Source: Takakia lepidozioides
Taxonomy: Eukaryota > Plantae > Bryophyta
Reading direction: 5' to 3'
Length of the DNA: 64,000 nt
Assembly (NCBI GenBank): GCA_030704615.1
Contig: CM060731.1
Coordinates: forward strand, 5,642,001 to 5,706,000
The notes under the pieces were generated by a model. It had not been told where the DNA came from, searched no databases, and saw only the letters and a program-made list of their open reading frames with translations. A program made the translations under genes and the position numbers. Every line of letters begins with the position of its first letter. The stretch's first letter is position 1. Shown piece after piece: positions 37,958-49,224 of the stretch.

Positions 37958-39044
37958 TCGCCATTGGACACCACACCTCTTGTGTGGAAGTGCCCGGATG
38001 AAGACATATGCCTTCTGGACTTGTTTGGCGGGATCAGCACTCGATTGGTTGCAGTGTTGCAAGCAGGTGTGCGAGTTCGACGTTACCTATATATGGAGAG
38101 GGATGAGATTGCACGACGCGTCTCACTACGCCATGTTGCTCAGTTGGTACAACAGTACCCTGATTTGTTGCGAGTGGCTGCAGTTCGTGGATACCAACAA
38201 GCCTTGCCAGCAGACATTTCGTTGCTGGGGGCGCAGGATTTGGAGCAGGTTGGCTCCATTGATCTGGTAGTGGCAGGTTGGCCTTGCCAAGGGCATTCAT
38301 CAGCCGGGCATGGCAATGGATTGCGAGACTCGAGGACGGGTCTGTTTTGGGAGATGGTGCGGGTTTTGCGCCACTCGCAGCTTCATCAAGCTGTATCTCC
38401 AGCATACATCTTGGAGAATGTGCCACTGATGGGTGATTCTCGGGCCAGGGTGATGGCCAGTGTGCATCGAGTCCGGTCGTGGCTTGGGTCAGCAGTGTTG
38501 CTGGATGCAGCTGCAGTGGGGTCACGGGCCACCCGCACTGCTGAAGCGTGCATTTGATGGGGTGCAGCGGCCAACACACCTCATACTGGATAGCATTTTG
38601 GACACAAGGAGGCAGTCTCAACGTGTGAGACACGATGACCGTTCATCTTTGGCAGTGGTCAATAGGGTGGGTCAACCACGAGCAACATTACCTACACAAC
38701 TCAGCTTCCCAGGATCCCATGCTTTTCGAGATGGTGGACCTGGCCTCTTGTGGGATAGCCAGTTGCAGCAGTTAGTGGAGCCCAATGCTGATGAGCGTGA
38801 GCGGGCGATGGGTTTTACCACTGGTACCACGGCGGTGCCATCTTTTTTTGAGGCATCGCGTCGTCAGGTGTTGGGGCAAGCAATGGATCTCAATTGCTTG
38901 ACCTGGATTATCAGCTTGGCTATGGCTGAGCAGCGCAAAGTACGGAGTACACTTCCCTTGATGGTCTCCCTACCTACCGAGATGGTACAGGCAGCAAGTA
39001 GGGGCGAACAAGTGAGGACCACGAGGTGCAGGCCGCATCCATGA
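37958..39044 (+). pseudogene. C5-cytosine DNA methyltransferase domain (DNMT3-like features), in frame with the protease
   Basis: Motif I LLDLFGGIS, II YMERD, III ADI, IV DLVVAGWPCQGHS, V DSRTGLFWE, VI ILENVP, VIII LDAAAVGSRA (broken by a frameshifting deletion near 38535), IX ERERAMGF, X RRQVLGQAMD. Confidence 0.92.
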
Positions 39045-39460
39045 CACACGTGGGAGGTGCTCGAGGTTCAAAAGGAGTTGGCAGCCAAGGCGGCGGTGAT
39101 TGATGGATCAGGTTGGGGATTTTTCTCGGGTTGAGGAGGTCCTTAAGGATGGGATCATGGGGCAGGGTGAGACATTGTCACTGATAGAGGAGGCAGTGGT
39201 CACTGCTCAAGAGGTTGCAGCATAGCAACCACGGGACGCGTCTTCTATCTCTAAGCCTGCTGGACTCAAGGTTGCAGTCACGGAGGACAACTGGGAGCCT
39301 GATGTTGGACCTATAGTCACCAGAGGAGAAAGACGACTGTTAGAGGGCTGCTTGGGACTTAGATGCTTTTATGGGTTCTGTGGGGTACCCTTAATTTTTG
39401 CGCAGACTGAGACCAACAAGAGCCTTAGGGGTGACAGCAGCGGGCTTTAGGGGGGGGGTT

Positions 39461-39720
39461 ACACAGCCCGACACAGCCGACACAGCCCAACACAGCCCGA
39501 CACAGCCCGTCACAGCCAATCACAGCCGACACAGCTTGACACAGCTTTGCACAGCCGACACAGTCCGTCACAGCCAATCATAGCCGACACAGCCTGACAC
39601 AGCTTCGCACAGCCGCCACAGCCAACAAAGCTTGACACAGCTAGTCACAGCCCGTCACAGCCAACACAACCAACACAGCCAGTCACAGCTCGGCACAGCT
39701 TGTCACAGCCTGTCACAGTA
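39461..39720. repeat. (CACAGCC..GA)n minisatellite at the start of the putative LTR
   Basis: More than 20 CACAGC-based units of 9-10 bp are visible. Confidence 0.9.
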
Positions 39721-40975
39721 CATGGGGAACAGTTATCAATGGCAGGGAACGACTGTGAGGGAACGACATCTGCAGAAAGAACGTCATCTGCAGAAGGAAC
39801 GTGATACTTCGGGGATAACGGTTAATTAGTTAGGTGGTTAGAATAGCTTGCGGGCAGATAAGGGGAGGGGAAACGGAAAGAAGATGACTTCACGGGGAGC
39901 ACTTCTTGGTCATGGAGGAGAGGAGATCAGGCGGAGAGCAAGAACGAGAGCACGGAGAAGGAGGAGAGATGTACAGTAGATGTTTGTTTCATGCAGAGCT
40001 GTAGTGATACTGTAAGGCAGATTAGAGTCACTTTGACATTGGCCTAGTACCTGATAAATCGTAATCTGATACTTATTCGATACAAACACACTGTGTAGAG
40101 AGACATGAGTGAAGTTGTGAAATGAATGCATGATTAATTGGAATTAAGTAGATACTGAAGCAATCTGATGCTTCAGTATCAGATAAGGTGAATTGATAAC
40201 ATGAAGGCAAGAAGGAATACAATTGGGAAGCACAACCATGATTCACTAGCTGTAGGTCATGACTGATTGTACTGAGCGGGCTGAGTGCTTAGAAATATCC
40301 AACTCTTCTATCTTGGAGTTTCCACCTCGGATAGCGAAGGGATGGGTGAGTAAAAGCCGCTCGACATTTGGCGACCATACTGGGGAGCTAAGTCATGAAC
40401 AGCCAGATGTGACAGGCATCTGGTGGGATCATGGTGGTTGGAGAATTAAAGAATTTGATGTGAATCAAATCCCCTGTGAAACTGAGAAGGAAAGATTGTC
40501 CAAACGATTCTTTCAGAGGTTCTTGGAATTGCCAGTCGGTTGTAAAGAAAACATTCTTAAGAGAGTGCATGATGCTGACCCTGAGTGGGGTCTGGAGAAA
40601 GGAGTGATAAAGATTTATCAGGTGGCCTGTAGAGGAAGAGCGCGTTGGTTACCAACACTGGTTTATGTGATAGCATTGCTATCCATTAAGCGAGTAGAGT
40701 TTGAAGGCTAGGAGGAAAGGAAGGTGAATATTTATACTCATATGCATGAAGAGCTTGTACTGGTAAAGAATTGGATTCCAAAGGATATTCTGTGGATCAA
40801 ACTCACACCAAGAACAGCTTTCCAGACTTGTTTGCCATATGGTTATATGGTAACGGAGACTTCTAGTATAGCCAAGGGTGCATTGAAGCTTGAAAGAAAC
40901 CCAGGCATATACGAGAGATATTACAGAAGAGAGTTTTGGTTATTGCCACATTAAAAGAAATGAAAGACATGGGAC

Positions 40976-43386
40976 ATGAGTGATGAAAGAGAAGCTAGAC
41001 TCCAGAGATACTCAGCAAAAAGAGAAAGTTATCTGAAAGTTAATTATCCATATCTTTGGGAGAGAGGAATAGACATAGGGGAATCATCTGGACCTCTCAC
41101 ACCATTAAGATCAGGGAGTACATCACCCATACCGGAAGAACTAGAGTTGGATGCCACTCCTTCTTTTTCTTTGCAAGAAAGATTAAGGGAATTGGTACGG
41201 GAAGAAGATCAACCACGAGTTGAAAGATCTGAGGTACATCCCTGGATAAAAGATTTGACAGAAATCTTTGATAAGAGTTGGCATGGAACACCAAAAGCAG
41301 GAACTCCAGTTTCTGAGACGGAAGATGAAGAAGGAGGAGAGGATGTGGCAGAACCAACGGAGAGTTCAGACTCTCCAACACCATTACAGTTGAGTTACAT
41401 GAGTGAAGAAGAAACCCAAGGGCAGAACTTGGAGGATGAAAACAGAGAGAAGAAATTGGAAGAGGAAGAGTATGAAGAAGTAGACCCAACAGCTGAGGTT
41501 GAGACTACAACCAGGACATCCCAACCCGTTGGACCTGGATCAAGTGGAGCACTTGGATCACAGGCCAACGAAGGTGTCGGCTCAGGGGGATCAGGCGGGC
41601 AGCCTGGATCTGGCTCTTGGGGGACAGGGAGTTTGGGAAGTAGTGCAACTGGAGCTGGGAATACTGTGAATATCGTGGGGCCAGTAGCAGGGAGTGCTCA
41701 GGGGCCACCACTTGGTGGAAGATCCACCACAACTACAACAGGTCCTCAAGGACCAGCACCAGCAAGGGGGCCAACATCTGTCCATGGGCAGAGGGTAGGG
41801 CCACAGATGGCGTTACAACCAACACGGACAAAACCACCTTTTCCAATATATTCAGGAAAACGGGATCCCGATGTACACATTAGCCAATTTGAGCACATGT
41901 GTATAGTGAACAATGAGAATGGCGATGATGCCAAGATGAGACCGTTTCCTTGTTCACTTATCAAGAAAGCAAGTGAATGGTATGCAAGATTCCCTGATAA
42001 TCATTTCCTAACCTGGAATGGCTTGAATACAACATTCCGAAATAGGTTTAGGACAAGTAAAACTGGGATGAATTGTATGGAAGTTTACAACAGTTAAAGC
42101 AAAAGAAGCATGAAACTGTTGAGGAGTATATGGAAAAAATGGAATTGATGATGAAAAAGCTGGCTGCTGTACCAGCACCAGGTTTATAGAAGACTTGGTT
42201 TGTGAGTGGACTAAGACCAGAGTTGCAAAAGAAAGTGGATATGTTACCCCATAATACAGTGGAGGAGGCATTTGAAACTGCGAACAGAATTGAGCAATTG
42301 AGAATGCTCAGGAGAGAGAAAAGGGATGATGAGGACTTTGAGGATGAGTCAGATGAGGAAGAAGAGCAAGAGCTGAAAAGGAAGAGTAAGAGAAAGGAGA
42401 AGTTGAAGAGGGATAACTATGAGAAAAGATTAGAAGAAATCTTGAAGAAGTATGCAACAGAGGCTGCAACACATTGGAGGAAGGGTGTTTGGTGTGCAAA
42501 GTGCCAGAATGAAGGCCATACCACCACTGAATGCCACATGAAGGAGAAACACTGTACTATCTATAAAATGGATAACCATTCTACTGAGAATTGTTACTAC
42601 AACAGAAGGACAGCAGCTAGAGAACCTAGGCAAGTAAGGGTGCATCAAGTGCAGCCCCAGCCAAGAAGAAACAGTGATAAGGACCACTATGGTAGGCCTG
42701 GTGGTTATAACAATGGCACGGAAGGGAGAGGTAATCCAAGAGGGAATTACCAAGGAAATTCCAGAGGCAACTATCAGGGTAATCCAAGGGGGAATTCCCA
42801 GCTAGGGAATCGGGATTACAGAAATAATCCTAGAGCAGACCAAGGGCGAGGACCTAATGGTGAAGAAATGTGTTACTATTGTAATCAGCCAGGACATCGC
42901 AAGGCAGCCTGTCCATTCTGGATCAGACACCAGAATGAGATGAGAGCTCCTGTGAATGAAGGGCCAGGGGTGGCTGCTCACATGGTTAGGCCATGTGTTG
43001 TACCAGAAGTAAGTACAATGATAGTAACGAGAAGCAAAGCCAAACTAATACCTCCAGTAGTTGAGGAAGATGATGATAATGAAGGTGGCAGTGATGTGCC
43101 TGAAGATGATGAGGCTTGGAGAGATGAGAAAGAACTGCACAAAGAAGTGGCAGACACCATAAGGGAAATGCAGAAGAATACTGATATTCCTATGGCAGAT
43201 TCCTCTGATTCTGATGGAGAAGAAGAAGTGAGTGAGAATGAAAGGAAGAAAAAAGCTGCAGACATGCAGAGTAATGAAGGGACTTTGGCTGAAGTAATAT
43301 GCCAGACCAAAGCAGAGATTACCATTGGACAGCTATTGGCCGTGGCACCTTATTGTAGACACAGGCTGTATCAAGCAATCAATTGA
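40976..43386 (+). pseudogene. Ty3 Gag (frameshift near 42090)
   Basis: YSGKRDPDVHISQF..FPCSLIKKASEWY..TWNGLNTTFRNRF; FVSGLRPEL; Zn knuckles CAKCQNEGHTTTEC and CYYCNQPGHRKAAC. Confidence 0.9.
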
Positions 43387-43395
43387 ATTGCCCAT

Positions 43396-46300
43396 GTGAC
43401 AGGAAACACAGACCTGAACAGCAAGGTGACCTGTTATAATGTGAAGCCGGAAGGGCGAGAAACAGTCACGGACTTTGATGATTCTATGCCAGTAATCCAA
43501 TTGAGAATTGGAAGCACAGAACTATTTGATGTACTGATAGATGGAGGCTCTGGAGTGAATATCATGACAGACCAATTAAGAAAGAAGCTTGGTCTAAGTA
43601 ACATGAAACCAGCCCCATTTACAGTAACAATGGCAGATCAAAGAAGTGTACAGCCATTGGGATTGATAAGAGGAGTTAAGATACAGATACAAAAGATGAT
43701 CTTTATGATCACAGTAACTGTGTTGAAAATGGATGAAGTCATGGAGGCTTACTCCTTATTATTGGGACGTCCGTGGCTAAAACAGGCCAGGGTATTCCAT
43801 GACTGGAATTCTCAGTTACTAACTGTGCATAATGGGATGCACAAGATACAAATTACCACTAAGAAATCTAGTAGATTACCTGCTACGAGAAGACCTCGAG
43901 GGGTCAGGGAGTATGACAGGAGGGGAGGACTGGATGAGGAGTAGGAAGCTACCCTGTTCGCTACACACCCAGAGTGGGAGCAGGTTGCAGAGATGCAGCT
44001 GGAAGGCCTAAGTTGTTTAAAAGGTATCCGCTGTGGTGTAGTGACAGCAACACCAATTGAAGGAGAAATAAGCAGTTACCCACCACATTTTTATGAAGAA
44101 AGAGAAGGAGAAATGGAAATCCTAGAAGAACCAGCCACTGTGAGTTTACAGGATGAAGTGGTGACTGGTTGGACAATCACAGCTGATGAGCAGGTGAGAG
44201 AAGTGAATGTGGGAACTGAAGAGGAACCGAGGATGGTGAAGGTAGGGGCTGATTTGGAGCCAGAATTCTTTGAGGAAGCTAAGAGTTTGTTCATCAAATA
44301 CAGAGATGTATTTGCTTGGAGCTACGAGGATCTAAAAGGGATACCACCTGAGATCTGTCAGCATAAGATTGAATTGGAACCAGGGTCAGTACCAATCAAA
44401 CAGACAAGGTACAGAATGAATCCCAACTATGCACAGAAGGTTGGAGAAGAGATCAAGAAGTTGGCTGAGGCTAAGTTTATATACCCGATAGAGTATACAA
44501 CTTGGTTGTCACCCATTGTGATAGTTCCCAAGAAGAATGGTAAACTGAGAGTTTGTGTGAACTATAAGAAGTTGAATGCTTGCACGAAGAAAGATCCTTT
44601 CCTTTTCCCATTCACAGAAGCGGTATTGGACACTGTGGCAGGCCATGAGATGTACTCATTCATGGATGGCTTCAGTGGTTATAATCAAGTGCAAGTGGCA
44701 GAAGAAGACCAGGGAAAGACGGCTTTCATCACAGACTGGGGTGCTTATGCATACAAAGTCATGCCTTTTGGACTTTGTAATGCACCAGCAACATTTCAGA
44801 GAGTGATAAGTGAATCTTTTCATGAGTATCTGGATGATTTCATGCAGGTGTTCTTGGATAATTTCAGTGTGTACAGCTCTAAGAATGAGCACTTGCATAA
44901 ATTGGAGTTATGTTTGGCCAGATGCAGGATGAGAGGTTTGGGCCTGAATCCAGAGAAGTGTACTTTCTGTGTGAACTCAGGGGTGCTTCTGGGACACATT
45001 GTGTGTAAGAGGGGACTTCTTGTGGATCCCAGGAAGACAGAGGCTATTAAAGCCTCTCCACCACCAGTAACTGTTAAAAGTCTAAGGAGATTCCTTGGAC
45101 AAACCAGTTATTAAAGAAGATTTGTCAAAAGGTATGCACAGATAGCAGCACCATTCAGCAAGCTTCTGTAGAAAGATGCAGTGTTTGCATGGACAGCTGA
45201 ATGTCAACAGGCTTTTGAGGAACTTACATTGTCAGTAACAACTACACCGGTGCTGATTGACCCTCACTGGCATGTAGTATTCCATGTTCATTGTGATGCC
45301 TCAGGAGAAGCGTTGGGAGCGGTATTAGCCCAAAATGTTACAGGAAATATAGATTCACCTATGTACTATGCTAGCAGGTTGATGAACAGTGCTGAAAGGA
45401 ACTATAGCACAACTGAAAGAGAAGCACTGGCAATGATTTATGCAGTCAAGAAATTCAGATATTACCTATTGGGAAGAAAGTTTATGTTTTATGTGGATCA
45501 CCAAGCTCTGATATATCTGGTGAACAAACCTTTGATAAGTGGTAGGATAGCGAGGTGGTTAATAATCTTGCACGAGTTTGAGTTCGAAGTTGTTTACAAG
45601 CCTGGCCTTTTGCATCTTGTGGCAGATCATTTGTCACGCCTAACAACAGGAGAGGCCGCCACAGGAGTAGACGACCAATTACCTGATGCGAGTTTATTTG
45701 CAATGGAGGTGCAAGGAAGTGCAGATGAATGGTTAGATTGGCAGTGGCCAATCAGATACTACCTTACTCATGGTCAGTGCCCACCTAGTTATGGTAAGGA
45801 GCAGAGGAAGAGAATCGCTATCAAGGCTTTACCCTATACTATGGTAGGGGGCAGAATGTATAAGCTAGGACCTGATGGAGTACTTAAACGATGATTGTAC
45901 CACCATGAAGTAAATAAAGTTTTGGAGGAAGTTCATAAAGGAGTGGCTGGAGGACATTTTGGAGAAGAGACTACCAGTAGGAAGATACTACTTGCAGGTT
46001 ACTGGTGGCCTACTTTGTTCAAGGATGTACACAAGTATTGTCAGAGTTGTGATGAATGTCAGAGGCTAGGACCTTTGCAGAGATCTGGGAAGATGATTTT
46101 GCATCCTACGATGCCTACTGAACCATTTCAGAAATGGGGACTAGATTTTGTTGGACCAATTAACCCACCGGCCAAGAATACACAGAACAAGTACATAATT
46201 ACAGCCATTGATTATACTACGAAGTGGGTGGAAGCTAAAGCTTTGAGGGACAACACAGCCAAGTCCATAGCAAGGTTCCTGTATGAGAACATACTTACAC

Positions 46301-46533
46301 GATTTGGCTGTCCCTTGGAATTTATCAGTGACCAGGGAAGTCACTTCATTAATGAGACCATTGAACTATTGACTAAAGAGTTCATGATTGTGCATAGGAA
46401 GAGTACAACGTATTACCCACAAGGTAATGGGCAGGCAGAGGCTACTAACAAAATACTATGTATTATCTTGGCTAAGATAGTCAATGCAAACAGAACGGAT
46501 TGGGATACAAAGCTGCTGACAGCTTTGTGGTCA
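43396..46533 (+). pseudogene. Ty3 Pol: protease, RT, RNase H, integrase; interrupted by stops at 43942, 45112, 45168 and 45892
   Basis: LIDGGSGVN (PR); SPIVIVPKKNGKLRVCV, MDGFSGYNQ, MPFGLCNAPATFQR, VFLDNF (RT with D>N); HCDAS, NYSTTEREAL, VDHQAL, ADHLSR (RH); H..GGHFG..CDECQ, GLDFVGP, SDQGSHF, PQGNGQAE (IN). Confidence 0.95.
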
Positions 46534-46690
46534 GGGGGCTGCTATTTCATGAGCCATGAGCCATGAGCGGCATGAGCCATGAGCAGAGTCGTAAGTGTGG
46601 AAAAAAACATGAGCAGCACTATTTTCCGGAAATGAGTGTCCGCGGGAATAGGGTTTAGGGTGCCACGGTCATAGGGGGAGAAGGACCTCC
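46534..46690. mobile_element. Terminus of an unclassified DNA transposon-like insertion that truncates the integrase
   Basis: The integrase breaks at ALWS|GGGGGCTGCTATTTC, followed by (ATGAGCC)n subterminal-like repeats. Confidence 0.45.
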
Positions 46691-48169
46691 CGATGAAGGA
46701 GGTTCGGCAATGTTATTTAGAATTATATATTGAAAGGCAATGTTTCGCGAATGGTAGGGTGGTACTGCTCTGTACAATGGGGGCCCATTTCAGCTTACCA
46801 GCCATTTGCAAAATCCACCCACACTCCCAATCCCAAACGAAATGAGCAATGACGCATTCGCGGAACGATGGACACAGAATATAATAAAAAGAGGGCACAA
46901 TGAGGTTTTTATTGATCCACATGAATTGCATTTGAAGCACGTCTACTGTGCTGATTGTGCCATCAAATCTTGAGCCCTGTGCCTACTGAATACAAGTCAC
47001 GTTGTCAATGGGACTTCGACTGCTCTCAGAACTAGCTCATGAGTCATGGGGCTCCTCCATGTAAAGTCGATTGCAGCCGTTGTACCGCCCCTAGTGATGT
47101 TCACCACAATGTCCTGCCCTTCAATCATACCACCATCGAATATGGAAATCTTCACGTTTTCGTCGTCCACACCAATGCGAATGTCCCCATACAATGGAGA
47201 AGAGGAGCGCACTCCTCGAGGAGAATAGGTCTCTCCGATGGAGTCCACCCACGTCCAGTGGCAGCAGTTCCACCGCAACAGCATAGCAGTGCGCCTTCTT
47301 CTGCATGGGTGACCGTCGTAGCTGGGAAAATCGGAATCGAGGATGCGCAGGAGCCACGGACTCCTCAGACCAAGATCGTCACCCCGCTCGAAGGCGTAGT
47401 GGCCTACGATATACTCAAAAGCCACCAATGTTTCCACAATCGAACCAGTATCTTCTCTGTAATCTGTGTACCAGATAACAATGTCTCCCGATGTGGCCGA
47501 ATACATTGCATAATCGATGCCTCCAAAGGGGCAGTCGTCCCGGTTCCGGAAGCACGGCATCCTTGCAAAGGAGGACCTGAGGACGACTTGGATGCCGATG
47601 ACCTTGCGGACAGCTACGAAGCCCTTAGATTTTGGAAAAGATACGAAGCGGAAGAGCAGTCCGGCCTCCAAAATGGAGCATCTGGGTCACACGTACCCAC
47701 CGACGGAGGTGGAACGTGTTCATCACGCCAGCGGTGGATGAACCCATACATCTTTCTCATCAACAAGTTATAGTTTGAGATCTGCCACCGAAGTCCATCC
47801 CCCGGATGGAAATTCGGCGCCGCATTTACATCGAAGAGGGGATGGACTTCGTCGTGTCCAGTGGCTATCGGCCCACCTGGCAGTGAGTGCCCATAGTTTG
47901 CATGGCAGGGTAGGAAACTGAAACGGCTACATTCATGCAGCAGCCAATCTTCATCGGTCCAGGATCCTGTACGGGGGAAATTTAAATGTGCCCTGGAGTG
48001 TGCCCTGGAATGTACCTCACTTCTGTATGACTGTGTTTCATTGTGTTGAATAACTCTCGGATTTTTCCCACTGTTTACAATTTGATGTCTCATTTCTACA
48101 ATTTGTCTGTCCGGTTGAATAAAGCAGAGTAACGGTATGTGAGTCATGTGTCAAGAATATACCAGAGTA

Positions 48170-49040
48170 ACGCCATGTCGGACATTGAAATGCGGCACCG
48201 CATTTCCATGTCGGCATCGAAATGCGGCGCCGCATTTCCATGTCGGGATCGAAATGCGGTGCCGCATTTCCATGTCCGCATCGAAATGCGGCACGGCACA
48301 GCATTTCCATGTCGGACATCGAAATGCGGGCACCGCATTTCCATGTCGGACATCGAAATTCGGCACCGCATTTCCATGTCGGACATCGAAATGCGGCACC
48401 GCATTTCCATGTGGGACAAGAAATGCGGTGCATCATTTCCGTCCAGGTACACGAAATACCAACACGGGTCTATAAATTGATCAGAAAACGAGGTTGGCAT
48501 TGCAAATGCGGCGACGCATTTCCAGCTTGGCAATGGAAACTTCTTTTTGGACAAGGGAATGCGGTGCCGCATTTCCGTCCAACACTTCGAAAAGTGCACC
48601 TATTCCGACCAGCGCGATGGAATGCGTTACCGCATTTCCGAGAGAGGGTCTGCAAATGGACAAATTGCGATGTCCGTTCTGGAAATGCGGCGCCGCATTT
48701 CCATGTCCGTCATCGACTTTTTTTTTTACAATGGAATGCGGTGCCAATTTTTGCTGATGGGCCTGCAGTTCGAACAACGACCATCCCCAATATGGAAATG
48801 CGGCACCGCATTTTCAATCCCGCCATGTCGGCCTCCTTGTTCGACCTCCTTGTTCGACCTCTGTAAGCGTGGTGGCATCCATGCAATGAGCGGGAGAGGC
48901 CAAAACTGGCGTGTGGACAAAGGAAATTTTGGAAATGCGGCACCGCATTCCCAATTCAGATTACTTTTTACTATGCCAACATTGAAATGGAAAAATTAGT
49001 CCCTCCCCTGTTTTGGAAATGCGGTGCCGCATTTCCAAAA
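48170..49040. repeat. Array of the 22-bp palindrome GGAAATGCGGCGCCGCATTTCC (8 tandem ~33-bp units, then ~8 spaced copies)
   Basis: Direct reading; perfect copy at 48681-48702. Confidence 0.95.
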
Positions 49041-49224
49041 GAGGTTCTTAGAGTTGCCAAAATTTTGGAAATGCCCTGACCATTTCTGATTTGGGAGTGT
49101 CCTGGTTTGGGGGCGATTGTGTGGCTGGAATGCACACTGGAGAGGGGTCACGAATGTCGGGCAGAATTTTCTTTATATACTCTGGAAGAGAATTTACATT
49201 TACAGAGACTTCATTAAAATTCTA

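Larger units (their letters stand above)
33326..39350 (+). mobile_element. Ty3/Gypsy-type LTR retrotransposon carrying a C5 DNA methyltransferase; RT/RNase H/IN absent
   Basis: Putative LTR ends ...CAACA (34999), followed by GGTGCCCACCCGTG (tRNA-Lys-like PBS), then gag, two Zn knuckles, aspartic protease and DNMT. The left boundary is approximate. Confidence 0.75.
39458..46533 (+). mobile_element. Second Ty3/Gypsy LTR retrotransposon, 3'-truncated in the integrase
   Basis: Putative LTR 39458-40038, then gag-PR-RT-RH-IN order with multiple stops. Confidence 0.9.

Noticed and set aside
37958-39044. Host DRM/DNMT3 gene or bacterial contamination
   Set aside because: Intronless, unpermuted motif order (unlike DRM), lacks host regulatory domains, and is in frame with a retroviral-type protease.
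48038-48999. ORFs with MEMRRRIS/WKCGAAF repeats on both strands (also 58840-61008)
   Set aside because: Artefacts of translating palindromic arrays.
48500-49040. CRISPR-like look: palindromic repeats separated by unique spacers
   Set aside because: Eukaryotic intron-containing context, irregular spacer lengths, degenerate repeats also found in introns, and no cas genes.
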